64,000 nucleotides of DNA, taken from NCBI GenBank assembly GCA_017445245.1, contig JAFSUM010000010.1, forward strand, positions 1,008 to 65,007. The letters are read 5' to 3'. Made by a program: the position numbers and the translations under genes. The DNA comes from Bacilli bacterium. GTDB taxonomy: Bacteria; Bacillota_I; Bacilli_A; RFN20; CAG-826. This document shows positions 30,136 through 40,137 of this stretch, piece by piece. Below the pieces are notes generated by a model. It had not been told where the DNA came from. It was given only the letters and a program-made list of their open reading frames with translations, and searched no databases. Position 1 is the first letter of the stretch, and every line of letters starts with the position of its first letter.

Positions 30136-31362
30136 GTGAAAAAGATACTTGTTTTTTCAACAGGGGCCAATTTACCGGATCAGAACGCCAGCGCGTTGCG
30201 CATCGCCTCAATGGCTCAGGTGTACGTTCGTGCTGGTTATGAATGCATAGTCGTTGGTCAGTGTAAGACCGAACCTGGTAGTTTTATACGTTTCGGACCA
30301 GATTATAGGGGTTATTCCATCTATGACCCTTCCGTTGGCCATGGCATCAAAGAAAAACTCGGGGTCTTTTTATTTATGAAGCGGACGATCGTATCTGCGT
30401 TACATAAAGTCGCCCAAGATATTGGTGGCGCCTCCGAGATAGCAGCCATCTGCATTTATCAACAGTTATCCTCTCCCGCCACTCGCTATATCATGCGTTA
30501 TTGCAAAAGAAACGGCATTAAACTGTTCTTCGATATCGTGGAATTCCAAACCATATCGCAGCAAAGCCTCTTCACGTTCTTCCAGTTTTATCTTCCAAAT
30601 TGGATGACAGTTAAGCGATTCTCAAAAAAAGCGAAAACGCTTGCGATTTCGACATATTTATCAAATCTATTAAATGGACAAAAGAGCAAGGCCATGTATG
30701 TCCCTTTTTTCTTCAACATGGAGAAAGCCAACATCGATGAAAGGAAATCGCTCCGCTTGCAGGATGGAACCATCGAACTCGTATACGCAGGCTGCCCTTC
30801 ACGAGGAAGAGATAGTTTGGCGAACGTTATTAAAGGCTTGGCCTGTCTGAATGAAAAAGAGCGCGCTCAATTCCATTTAACCATCGCCGGGGCAAACGAA
30901 GAACAAATCAAAGGGCTTGGTTTGAACGAAAAAGAATTAAAACAGAGCCTGTCCCATTGCTCCTATCTAGGTACCGTCCCCCATGAAGAGGCATTAAACT
31001 TAATTAAGAGGGCAGCATTCACGCTTTATATGAAGCCGGCGGAAAAGCGTTTTTCCAAAGCCGGCTTTCCAACCAAGGTGTCTGAAAGCCTCATGATGTC
31101 TACTCCTGTGATTTTTAACCTTTCGGGTGATGTTGGCGTGTATCTGCAAGATGGGCAAAACGCGATCGAATGCCGTAACGACTCTCCTTTTGCTTTCGCC
31201 GAGGGGTTACGGAAGGTGCTTGCTTTAGATCAAACTAAGTACATTTCGATGGCCCGAAACGCATTTGCTACTGCGAAAGAAAAATTGAGTATTGAGCATT
31301 TTGAGAAACCGATTTGCGATTTCCTGGAATTGGAGAGAAATAATGAAGAGTCTCAGCGCTGA
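30136..31362 (+). CDS. GT4 glycosyltransferase
   Basis: YAGCP, AGFPTKVSE, TPVI. Confidence 0.8.
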   Translation: MKKILVFSTGANLPDQNASALRIASMAQVYVRAGYECIVVGQCKTEPGSFIRFGPDYRGYSIYDPSVGHGIKEKLGVFLFMKRTIVSALHKVAQDIGGASEIAAICIYQQLSSPATRYIMRYCKRNGIKLFFDIVEFQTISQQSLFTFFQFYLPNWMTVKRFSKKAKTLAISTYLSNLLNGQKSKAMYVPFFFNMEKANIDERKSLRLQDGTIELVYAGCPSRGRDSLANVIKGLACLNEKERAQFHLTIAGANEEQIKGLGLNEKELKQSLSHCSYLGTVPHEEALNLIKRAAFTLYMKPAEKRFSKAGFPTKVSESLMMSTPVIFNLSGDVGVYLQDGQNAIECRNDSPFAFAEGLRKVLALDQTKYISMARNAFATAKEKLSIEHFEKPICDFLELERNNEESQR

Positions 31363-32215
31363 GTGCTTTTGCATAGCCATCCGGGCACGGAAAGAAGGCC
31401 GCCCCTTGTTCCCTTTAAACCCTGAAGACCGATTCGATTTCCATCGTGTTAAGGTTCCTCGTGGAAAATGGGGTGCCGATCCGTTCCTTTTCGAGAAGGA
31501 TGGGCAAGCCTATTTATTCGCCGAATTATTTAACCTATTCACCGGCAAAGGCGCTTTATATGTTCGTTCAATCGGAAATGAACATGCCAAATGGAAGCGA
31601 TGCAACATCGAAAAGTGCCATCTGTCCTTTCCTAATGTGTTCATGCAAGGAGGGGAAACCCTCATGATGCCTGAAACAAGCGAACTTCGCCAAGTAAACG
31701 TTTATCAAGCGACGAAGTTCCCCGAGAGATGGATGAAGTGCGAGACGCGTTTGGCCAATGTCAACGCCGTTGACTCCGTTGTGCTTTTCGAAAGTGGTAG
31801 CATAGCATCGTATGTCCGGAATAGCCGTCAAGACGCGTCGTTAACAGCTTTTGATAGCAACGGGACACAGCTCTGGTCCTTGCAGGATAAGGATAAGAAA
31901 CTTCGCCCAGCCGGAAACCCCTTCTTCGACGGAGGGCTAGCATATTTTATTGGGCAGAATTGCCAATCTTCCTATGGTGAAGGTCTTTGTGTGTACCTAC
32001 TCGATCAAACGAAGGGCATTCAGGGAATGGCAATCCGAGAAATCGGCTCTGAGGGGCTGGATTATTTAACGCCGAGAAGCCATTCAATCGGCATCCATAC
32101 TTACAATAAATCCGAGCATTACGAAGTAATTGATATCAAATTCCGTAAGTTCTCTCTGCTTCGCATTTTAGGTAAGCCTTTCCGCGTTCTTTTCCGCACG
32201 AGGAGGACCCGTTAG
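31343..32215 (+). CDS. Beta-propeller protein resembling the GINT1 N-terminal domain family
   Basis: ADPFLF, HLSFP, MPETS, FPERW, RPAG, IHTYN. Confidence 0.65.
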   Translation: MKSLSAECFCIAIRARKEGRPLFPLNPEDRFDFHRVKVPRGKWGADPFLFEKDGQAYLFAELFNLFTGKGALYVRSIGNEHAKWKRCNIEKCHLSFPNVFMQGGETLMMPETSELRQVNVYQATKFPERWMKCETRLANVNAVDSVVLFESGSIASYVRNSRQDASLTAFDSNGTQLWSLQDKDKKLRPAGNPFFDGGLAYFIGQNCQSSYGEGLCVYLLDQTKGIQGMAIREIGSEGLDYLTPRSHSIGIHTYNKSEHYEVIDIKFRKFSLLRILGKPFRVLFRTRRTR

Positions 32216-32217
32216 CC

Positions 32218-33135
32218 ATGTCGCTATCGATGCGAAATATTAAAAAGTGGACCAAGATGATCTTTGGCAAAAGCCTTTCGCACGTTCATCAAGGCCCCGG
32301 AAGAGAGTATTCTCTTACAAATCTTCGCGGTTACTATAACGATCTCACCGAAAAAGTGACCAAGGATCATGCCCACTACAACATGACGGAAGTCTTTCCC
32401 TATCACGACGCCAAGGGCAACGAATGTGACGCACCCATCGAGTTTTTCCAATACGGATTAGGTGCCTATGACCTTTATCTAGCCGGCATCGACAAAGAGT
32501 TGATGCTGAAGAAGTTCAAGGCACACGTTCAATGGGCGATGGACCATCAGCAAGACGATGGTTCCTGGGACGCGTTCGCCTTTAATCATCCCGATTGCCC
32601 AAAATCCGCGATGGCCCAAGGAGAGGGGGCGTCCTTGCTGCTCCGCGCTTATGTTCGTTTTCAAAATAAGGCTTACTTACAAGCCGCCAAAAAGGCGCTG
32701 GATTTCATGCTTTTGCCTTTAGAGGAAGGCGGCACCGCAAGAAGCGATGGCAAAGATCTCGTGCTATACGAATTCACCTGTTTCCCCTGTGTTTACAATG
32801 GGTGGATTTTTGCTATTTTCGGGCTTATGGATTACGTTATCGTCACCGACGATGCGTTTTATAAAGAGGCTCTAGTGAAAACAATAAACACGCTTCAACG
32901 CCACTTACCCAATATGGACAACGGCTTCTGGAGCATGTATCGGGAAGATAAAACCATCGCCTCTCCTTTCTACCACCGCTTGCACATCGCCCAATTAAAA
33001 ATCCTAGCCGAATACACAAATGACCCTTTATTTGCAGAATATGAACAACGGTTTGCCCGTTATGGCCGCAATCCGTTTTATAGGTGCCGTGCTTTTTTGC
33101 GCAAGGCGCGGCAAAAAATCGTAGAAAAGGATTAA
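32218..33135 (+). CDS. D-glucuronyl C5-epimerase family protein
   Basis: QYGLG, SAMAQGEGASLLLRAY, NGWIFAIFGL, YHRLHIAQL. Confidence 0.88.
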   Translation: MSLSMRNIKKWTKMIFGKSLSHVHQGPGREYSLTNLRGYYNDLTEKVTKDHAHYNMTEVFPYHDAKGNECDAPIEFFQYGLGAYDLYLAGIDKELMLKKFKAHVQWAMDHQQDDGSWDAFAFNHPDCPKSAMAQGEGASLLLRAYVRFQNKAYLQAAKKALDFMLLPLEEGGTARSDGKDLVLYEFTCFPCVYNGWIFAIFGLMDYVIVTDDAFYKEALVKTINTLQRHLPNMDNGFWSMYREDKTIASPFYHRLHIAQLKILAEYTNDPLFAEYEQRFARYGRNPFYRCRAFLRKARQKIVEKD

Positions 33136-34358
33136 GACCCAATGAGAGAATCCGCCCATTGACGATAGGTTTTTTCTGCCGCGCAATGATTCTCCCATGT
33201 TTTCCGTGCCTGCGCTCGTTTCTTCAAATAGCTCTTATGCCCGATCCTCATTTCGCCTTCCAAAGCCGAGAACAGCGACTCAGGAGTAAGATTTTCCGGC
33301 AACAAAAGGCCATTCTCGCCATTGACGATCTCACCAGTTCCCCCGACATCTGTCGCGATACAAGGAAGTCCAAAAGACATAGCTTCCATGATGGAAACGG
33401 GAACCCCTTCCATCGAACTTACGTTGACAAAGTAGGAAAGAGGATGATCCTGATAATACTGGAGCACTTTTTCGTTTGGCATTCTGCCCGTGATGAGCAT
33501 GTTACCTCGAATGCCAAGTGTCTCGAACAAAGCAAAGAGTTCGTCTTTCTCTTCACCATCCCCGATGCAAACCCATGTTACTTTGGGATGCCTAGCCTTA
33601 AGCAATGCAAAAGCCCTCGCGAATAAATCGAGGCGTTTCAATTTGCGATAACGACTGCATGTCACGAAAATGAATTCGTCTGCAGGAGGAATCGGGGCGA
33701 TGCCGTGATCTTTCGTCCCGAGGCGAGCCACGTGGAATTTTTCTATGCATGCAGGATATTTGTTCACCAAATAAACTCGCCCATCCTCAGAAACGGGATA
33801 AACCTTATCCAGGGCTTTCACATATTCGCCTTGGTAAGGCAAGTACTTTAATGCATTACGTTCCGCGTATAAATCATAGCCATGTGCACGCGCAATAGCG
33901 GTGGCAACGCCGCCCTGCTTTTGTATATGATCGCGAAGCAAAATTGCGGCATAAGACGCATTGAGCCAATAGCTATAAATAACGACATCTGTGCAATCGA
34001 AATGGGTTTTGGCCAAAACCGTCTTGGCTTTCTTATAAACATGGTGAAAACGGCCACGCGTATACAAATCGGCAATATGACGCTTTAGCCCTTTGCCGTC
34101 GACGCTGTGGCGGAAAGGGTCATCTCGTGTAAACAATCCACGAATGACATTCGAAATCTTTTTATGACCACAATCCAAAGGAAAAGCCTCGACGCCATCA
34201 GGAATGGTGCGCGTCATCTTGGCGCCCGGCTTAATGTTGACGCTAAAAATGCAAATATGAGCAAAACGCTCGCACAGATACCGGATTTCCGTCTCCATGA
34301 AAGGTTCGCTTGTTTGAAAGGGGTATTGGTAAAGGAAGAGAATACAATTCTTACTCAT
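33132..34358 (-). CDS. GT4 glycosyltransferase
   Basis: RAHGYDLY, SSMEGVPVSIMEAMSFGLPCIATDVGG. Confidence 0.92.
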   Translation of the reverse strand: MSKNCILFLYQYPFQTSEPFMETEIRYLCERFAHICIFSVNIKPGAKMTRTIPDGVEAFPLDCGHKKISNVIRGLFTRDDPFRHSVDGKGLKRHIADLYTRGRFHHVYKKAKTVLAKTHFDCTDVVIYSYWLNASYAAILLRDHIQKQGGVATAIARAHGYDLYAERNALKYLPYQGEYVKALDKVYPVSEDGRVYLVNKYPACIEKFHVARLGTKDHGIAPIPPADEFIFVTCSRYRKLKRLDLFARAFALLKARHPKVTWVCIGDGEEKDELFALFETLGIRGNMLITGRMPNEKVLQYYQDHPLSYFVNVSSMEGVPVSIMEAMSFGLPCIATDVGGTGEIVNGENGLLLPENLTPESLFSALEGEMRIGHKSYLKKRAQARKTWENHCAAEKTYRQWADSLIGS

Positions 34359-35392
34359 TTTTCCGGGTTATAGCACTGATTTGGCAACGCGTCGCGAAGG
34401 TAATTTAGCGCATCGGCATATTTATCCGCGTATCGTTTCCATCTCCCGACGTTTTGCTTTGAAATCTCAGGGTTGAAGTATTTGGAGGGGTAAAGATGGT
34501 CTTTCTCATCGAAACCAACAAATTCCAAGATCTTCGCTTTGGTTTCATTGTAGTGCAAGACCAGATCTTCGAACCTGATATATAGGACGTTGGGACTAGG
34601 CAACTTCATGTACCTATGAAGACCCTTCATGAACTCGGCAAAGTGCATGCCATCCTTTACGGTTCCGCTTTCTTTGTCAATGTGCAAACCCCACTCAAAT
34701 TTTTCTACATAGATGTCGCGAGGATCACGGTCTACGATAATCATCTTCGCGTCGCGGAAATAATGATATAGACAGTCAATGTTGTTCGGAGAAAGCGGCT
34801 GGTCGAGCAGGATGGTATTCTCGTTTCCTTCTTCCCCTACATGGGGCAGGAACAATTCATCAATATAATCCCGCGTGGCTGCATAGAACTCTTCTTTTGT
34901 CGGAACGGCAAAATGGTTGGGCGTTATGTGCCGATTCGCCAGTTTTATCTTCCCCTTGGTTTTTCGCTCAATGTAGGCCCTGTTGCGATCAATGACGTAT
35001 TTAAAATAGTTCTTCTTGAACTTGGTCGTGTAAAACTCGCGTTTGAATTCGAATAATGAAATGCGGTCGATGTATTTTTTGGAAATGGCGTAATAATTCT
35101 TGTTGATGTGCTTTTTATAGGAAAGGCCTGGCGGACATAAAGGCCCATCGCCATAACGGCCCCAGATTTTCGACATGCGGATGAAATCGTGGATGGCAGC
35201 CAATGAATTGATGAGTTCCCAGTGGTCAATCAGATGCTGCTCGAGATCGTAAATCCCATAAGGGTCTTTGATGAAACGTATTTCTTTGCCGCATTCAAAT
35301 GTGTGGTCGAATTCACGCAGCAAATCTCCAACCGCGCTTGATCCAGAGCCGGAGAAGCCACACCACATGACATAATTAATCTTCTTTGCCAT
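34355..35392 (-). CDS. Sulfotransferase-like P-loop protein
   Basis: GFSGSGSSAV loop, IIVDRDPRD, YIRFEDLV, VGRWK. Confidence 0.7.
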   Translation of the reverse strand: MAKKINYVMWCGFSGSGSSAVGDLLREFDHTFECGKEIRFIKDPYGIYDLEQHLIDHWELINSLAAIHDFIRMSKIWGRYGDGPLCPPGLSYKKHINKNYYAISKKYIDRISLFEFKREFYTTKFKKNYFKYVIDRNRAYIERKTKGKIKLANRHITPNHFAVPTKEEFYAATRDYIDELFLPHVGEEGNENTILLDQPLSPNNIDCLYHYFRDAKMIIVDRDPRDIYVEKFEWGLHIDKESGTVKDGMHFAEFMKGLHRYMKLPSPNVLYIRFEDLVLHYNETKAKILEFVGFDEKDHLYPSKYFNPEISKQNVGRWKRYADKYADALNYLRDALPNQCYNPEK

Positions 35393-35568
35393 TTTGAAAC
35401 CTCTAAGCGTTTGCCCGATACCCCAAGGGTGAACCATGAGGGTTTGCATGCATGCATTTTACATGATTACGCCTGTTGTATCACGCGGCTATAGCCATGG
35501 AGCGTGTTATTCGAACATAAAGGTATGATTGCGTTTACTTTTTCATCATTCTGAAAGATAATCGCCCT

Positions 35569-36282
35569 ATGCAAACCGTTGCAATCATTCTCGCGGGTGG
35601 CCTTGGCAAGAGGCTTGGCGCCGATATTCCAAAGCAATTCATCGAAGTCGAAGGCAAGCCCATTATTGTGAGCACGATAGAAAATTTTGAACGCTCTACT
35701 TTGGCCAATAGCATACTCATCGTTTGCGTCGCAGATTGGATCGACTATCTTCAATCGCTCATCGCAAAATACCACTTAGACAAGGTGCGATGGATCATTG
35801 AAGGCGGCCAAACGAACCACGACTCCACTTCTAACGCCATCTTTTATCTCCGTAATCAATTAACAGATGATGACTTTATCATTGTCCACGACGCCGCTCG
35901 ACCATTATTGCCTCAATGCATTCTCAGCGACCTCATGCGGGTAGCCGTGGCCCACGGCAACGCGTCCGCTTCCCTTCCTTGTCACGAAACATTGGTTGTA
36001 ACAGCCGACCAAGCATCGGGGACAGAACAAATCGACCGCTCCATCATCCGTCGTGTCCAGACGCCCCAAGCATATCGCTTTGGCGATATTTATCCCATCT
36101 ATGTTCAGGCGGCGAAAGAAGATAGACATGACTTCGTTTACATCAATACGGCAGCCATTAGCTATGGGATGCGCATCTATTTCTCGGCGGGGTTTGACAA
36201 CAACATAAAAATCACGACCAAAGAAGACATCGCCTTATTCCAAGCGCTGTCGAAATTCAACGAGGACGAACTCGTTAAATAG
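35569..36282 (+). CDS. IspD/TarI-family cytidylyltransferase
   Basis: LAGGLGKR, PKQF, VHDAARP, QTPQ, NIKITT. Confidence 0.92.
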   Translation: MQTVAIILAGGLGKRLGADIPKQFIEVEGKPIIVSTIENFERSTLANSILIVCVADWIDYLQSLIAKYHLDKVRWIIEGGQTNHDSTSNAIFYLRNQLTDDDFIIVHDAARPLLPQCILSDLMRVAVAHGNASASLPCHETLVVTADQASGTEQIDRSIIRRVQTPQAYRFGDIYPIYVQAAKEDRHDFVYINTAAISYGMRIYFSAGFDNNIKITTKEDIALFQALSKFNEDELVK

Positions 36283-36283
36283 C

Positions 36284-37318
36284 ATGAAACCCATCTACGC
36301 GTCTTCCACTTATCGTCAAGAAATCATCAACTTTGCCAACGAGCATGATTTTGCTTTTCTAGAGAACAAGACATTACTCATCAGCGGCGCTTCGGGAATG
36401 TTAATGTCTTATTGGATCGATGCACTTTTATCACGCCCATCTTTTGCCGTTCAAATCATCGCTTTGACATCATCGGGAAGCGTGACTAATCGCTTTCCCG
36501 CGGATTCGCGTCTCCGATCGATAAAGGGAGATTTAAGCAAACCGCTATCGTCTAACCTGATTCCGAAGGTTGACTATATCATCCACGCTGCTTCCATCAC
36601 AGATCCCAAAGGATACAAAGAGCGCCCCATCGAAACGATGCTCATCAACATCGAGGGCACAAAAAGCCTTTTGGACATCGCGGGCAGAGATAATGCAAAA
36701 TTTTTGTTGGTTTCTTCTTGCGAAATCTACGGAGAAGCGGACGTTGAGCCCATCCCTGAAACCTACTGTGGAAAACTGAATTCGATGGACGTGCGTTCTT
36801 GTTATAACGAATCCAAACGCGCCTCCGAAACGCTAGCCGTTAGTTATGCCGTTGAAAAAAAAGTCTCCGTCTATGTGGCTAGACTTTCCCGAAGTTATGG
36901 CCCGACGATGTCAGCAAAAGACACCAAGGCCATGTCACAATTCATACAAAACGCTGTACATGGCGCGCCTGTTTTGCTCAAAAGTCTTGGCGATCAGCGT
37001 TATTCATTCACGTATGTTGCGGATGGTGTCTCCGCCATATTAGCGATACTCGAAAAAGGGAAACCGGGGGAAGCGTATAACATTTGCGGAGATGAAGTTC
37101 TTTCACTCAAGGAAATCGCCGAACTCGTTGCCAGCATCGGCGGCGTCCCATTCCACCAGGAATTAATTCAAGACAGTTTATCAGAGGCCGGCTATTCGCG
37201 AGCCAAAAACGCAATTCAAGACGCTACCAAGCTAAAAATGCTTGGTTGGAAGGCTAAAACCACGCTGGCGGAGGGAGTTGCGAACACAATCAAGCACTTC
37301 CGCGAGCTTGCTGTTTAA
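36284..37318 (+). CDS. NAD-dependent epimerase/dehydratase (probable CDP-alditol pathway reductase)
   Basis: GASGML, HAAS, YNESKR; coupled to the IspD-like gene. Confidence 0.8.
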   Translation: MKPIYASSTYRQEIINFANEHDFAFLENKTLLISGASGMLMSYWIDALLSRPSFAVQIIALTSSGSVTNRFPADSRLRSIKGDLSKPLSSNLIPKVDYIIHAASITDPKGYKERPIETMLINIEGTKSLLDIAGRDNAKFLLVSSCEIYGEADVEPIPETYCGKLNSMDVRSCYNESKRASETLAVSYAVEKKVSVYVARLSRSYGPTMSAKDTKAMSQFIQNAVHGAPVLLKSLGDQRYSFTYVADGVSAILAILEKGKPGEAYNICGDEVLSLKEIAELVASIGGVPFHQELIQDSLSEAGYSRAKNAIQDATKLKMLGWKAKTTLAEGVANTIKHFRELAV

Positions 37319-37380
37319 TGCGCCTGCGCGTTGTGCACGTTGACATGGAATAATCTGCATTTGTCTATATAATGGTGGTC

Positions 37381-40137
37381 ATGCGACTGCAGGCACTCGT
37401 TGGCAAATGTACGGGCGAATGTGTTAAATGGACCCGCATCGCCAAAAAAAACAAAGACAAGGTCCTAGATGCCGTCGTTTTTTCGCTTTTGGCATTACTT
37501 ATCGTTCTGACATCAGGTTTTTCCGCTACCGAGTTTTATTTTAACAATACGGTTGTAGGCGCGCTTCACTTAGGACTTTTCGTTTTTTCTTTCGCTGTTT
37601 TCTTTTTGCGCGCTCACCCGCGTTACTGGGCAGACCTATTCAAGAAAAAGCGATTCAAAGAACTGATAAATCTTAAGACAATCATCATCGTTGGCATTCT
37701 TTTGCTCTGTCTCGTATCACTGCTAATCAATGTGTTTCGAAACGATAACCTCAATGGCGCAATCCGCGCACTTCTCATATTCGGGTCTGCCATTCTATTA
37801 GTATTCAGCATCCCATTCCGCAAGTTCGCCTATGCCTATTGCATTGGCATGACCGCGATATGTCTTTTATCGTTAGTCATCTATCCCATCGCTCTATCCA
37901 TTTCCGCCGGCGGTGCCACGACCTTTTACCGAACCGGTGGCGGGGAAATTATCCTTTCGTACGGCTTTTTGAGTTCCTTTATACGTTACTGGAACTGGTC
38001 GTCGAGTTCTGAATTAATCGCGCGCATGTGTGGCCCGTTTTGGGAGCCCAGTATTTTTGGTTCTCTAATTGCGATTGCCATGGCGTTTCTCGTCGTTTTC
38101 AAGTTCAAGCGTCGCATCGTCATGTTGATTCCAATGCTGCTTTGCATGCTTCTAACGGTATCGGTAGGCGGATATGTTCTCGCGTTATTTTGCGTTTTCC
38201 TCGAGTTATCTACTCGATTCAGGGGCGAGGGGAAAAAACGATATATTATCGTCGGGGTTAGTCTTGGAGGCGTAGCCCTACTAGCTTTTCTTGCGCTAGG
38301 TCCACTTCTCCCTCTTTTGACCCATCTATTACCAAGCATCTTTTATAAATTTGCCAATGCCGATAGCGGAAGCGTCATGGTGCGCGCCAAATCCTTCTCT
38401 ATCTTCATGCAAGTATTTATGAAGTCGCCACTCATCGGTTTTGGCCCAAACGGGGCGTTAAAACAATATGAAGCAATCCTAGCCATAACCTCAAAAGACA
38501 TCTCAGCGACATCTACCTTTGGTTACTGGATGGCTTCCTTAGGCATCCCAGGGATTTTCTTAATCGGTCTCTTGTTCATCGCTCCAATCATTTTTAATAG
38601 AGACCACGATAAATTCACATTCGGTTTGTTTGGCGTATTTTTAATCCTGATTTTCAATTTGGAAAACGTTCGCTTTGTCGTTGGGGCAATGTTGCCATTG
38701 ATGTTCTTTGCCAAAGAGGGGTTGTTTGGTCCCATCTCCATGGAAACGTCCAATGTCGCATGGGAATACGAAAACACGAAGGCCATGCTTACGAAACCAG
38801 GCGAAGATAGTCGAGCCGCAAGGAACTTGATTGGTTCCCTGATTGTAAAAGTTTTGGCGATGCTCGTGGGCCTATTTACCGTCCCCGTCTATAATAGGTT
38901 TTTCCAAACCAACGAATTATATGGCGCCTGGTCCGTCATCATCAGCATCTTGGCTTGGACCTTGCTGCTTGATTTCGGCTTCGGAGGTGGCTTGAGGGTA
39001 CGGCTTGCAGACGCTTTGGAGCAAGGCGATGTCGAGGAACAAAAACGTCTTGTTTCGTCCACTTATGTTGGATCGATTGCCTCAAGTTTCGTACTGTTGG
39101 GCATTGGATCCATTCTCATTTGGAGTTTGGATTTGTCTACGCTTCTTAACATCGACCCGGTCATATTGTCGCCAATAGAACTTAAAGCCTCGATGACAAC
39201 ACTTCTCCTAGGTCTTTGTTTCGAATTCGTCCTCAAGAATATTTGTTTTGTTTTATACGCGGCAAAGAAGAGCGCCCTAGGCTCTATGATAACTTTCCTT
39301 TCCCACTTCGCCATTCTAGTCTTTTTCATGGTTTTTAATGGGGTTTTCAAGGGCTCTTTGTTCATCGCTGGCGCTATCATATATGCACTTGCCGTCAACT
39401 TTCCTCTCGTTCTCACAACTCTCATTGTTTTTTCCTTGAAAAAATTCAAACCCATGCGGCCGAGCTTGAGGTATTACACGTGGGAAAAGTGCAAATCCGT
39501 CATGTCGTTTGGTATTGTCTTTTTCATCATTCAAGTCGGATTCGTCGCCCTCGCTAATACAAACTCCGTCTTTATCTCCTCCGCATTTGGTCCCGCCATA
39601 GCAGGCGATTATTCGAAATACATCAAGTTCTTCTCCGCGATTATTGGGCTCATGGGCGCAGTGGTTCAACAACCTATCTGGTCGGCGATCGCCACAGGGA
39701 TATCGAACAAAAAATACGGACAAGTTAAAAAATACACCAAGATTAGTCTGCTTATTGGTCTTGCATTATTCGTTCTATGCTGCTTATGCGGCTTGTTCCT
39801 GCAGCCGATATTTACACTTTGGTTAGGCTCGAATTCGCTCAAGGTCAACTACCTCTATGTCGTGATGCTGATTGCTTATTCCTTCTCTTTCCTCGTGTCC
39901 GATGCTTTAATCATCGTTTGCAATGCATTAAAACTATTGAAAGTGCAGGCGGTGATAACCGTTATAGCCGCAGTTGTAAAGATTGGGATTTCCATTCTTA
40001 TCATCCAGCGTCCTGACTTAACAGGCGCGTTAGGGTGGTCTGCTTTTGTCCTCCTAGATGCCGTTTGCTATGCCCCGTTTATCATCATCACCCCATTGTC
40101 CATCCGTCGAAAGGTAAAGGAATATGAACGAGGCTAA
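37381..40137 (+). CDS. Fused Wzy-like polymerase (N) and Wzx-like flippase (C)
   Basis: N-half: RMCGPFWEPSIFG, SVMVR, PLIGFG; C-half from ~38820: NLIGSLIVK...LYGAWSVIISILAWTLLLDFGFGGGLR; one open frame. Confidence 0.7.
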   Translation: MRLQALVGKCTGECVKWTRIAKKNKDKVLDAVVFSLLALLIVLTSGFSATEFYFNNTVVGALHLGLFVFSFAVFFLRAHPRYWADLFKKKRFKELINLKTIIIVGILLLCLVSLLINVFRNDNLNGAIRALLIFGSAILLVFSIPFRKFAYAYCIGMTAICLLSLVIYPIALSISAGGATTFYRTGGGEIILSYGFLSSFIRYWNWSSSSELIARMCGPFWEPSIFGSLIAIAMAFLVVFKFKRRIVMLIPMLLCMLLTVSVGGYVLALFCVFLELSTRFRGEGKKRYIIVGVSLGGVALLAFLALGPLLPLLTHLLPSIFYKFANADSGSVMVRAKSFSIFMQVFMKSPLIGFGPNGALKQYEAILAITSKDISATSTFGYWMASLGIPGIFLIGLLFIAPIIFNRDHDKFTFGLFGVFLILIFNLENVRFVVGAMLPLMFFAKEGLFGPISMETSNVAWEYENTKAMLTKPGEDSRAARNLIGSLIVKVLAMLVGLFTVPVYNRFFQTNELYGAWSVIISILAWTLLLDFGFGGGLRVRLADALEQGDVEEQKRLVSSTYVGSIASSFVLLGIGSILIWSLDLSTLLNIDPVILSPIELKASMTTLLLGLCFEFVLKNICFVLYAAKKSALGSMITFLSHFAILVFFMVFNGVFKGSLFIAGAIIYALAVNFPLVLTTLIVFSLKKFKPMRPSLRYYTWEKCKSVMSFGIVFFIIQVGFVALANTNSVFISSAFGPAIAGDYSKYIKFFSAIIGLMGAVVQQPIWSAIATGISNKKYGQVKKYTKISLLIGLALFVLCCLCGLFLQPIFTLWLGSNSLKVNYLYVVMLIAYSFSFLVSDALIIVCNALKLLKVQAVITVIAAVVKIGISILIIQRPDLTGALGWSAFVLLDAVCYAPFIIITPLSIRRKVKEYERG

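Noticed and set aside
37340-37373. TTGACA...TATAAT canonical sigma-A promoter
   Set aside because: Spacer is 22 bp, too long; only the -10 element was retained
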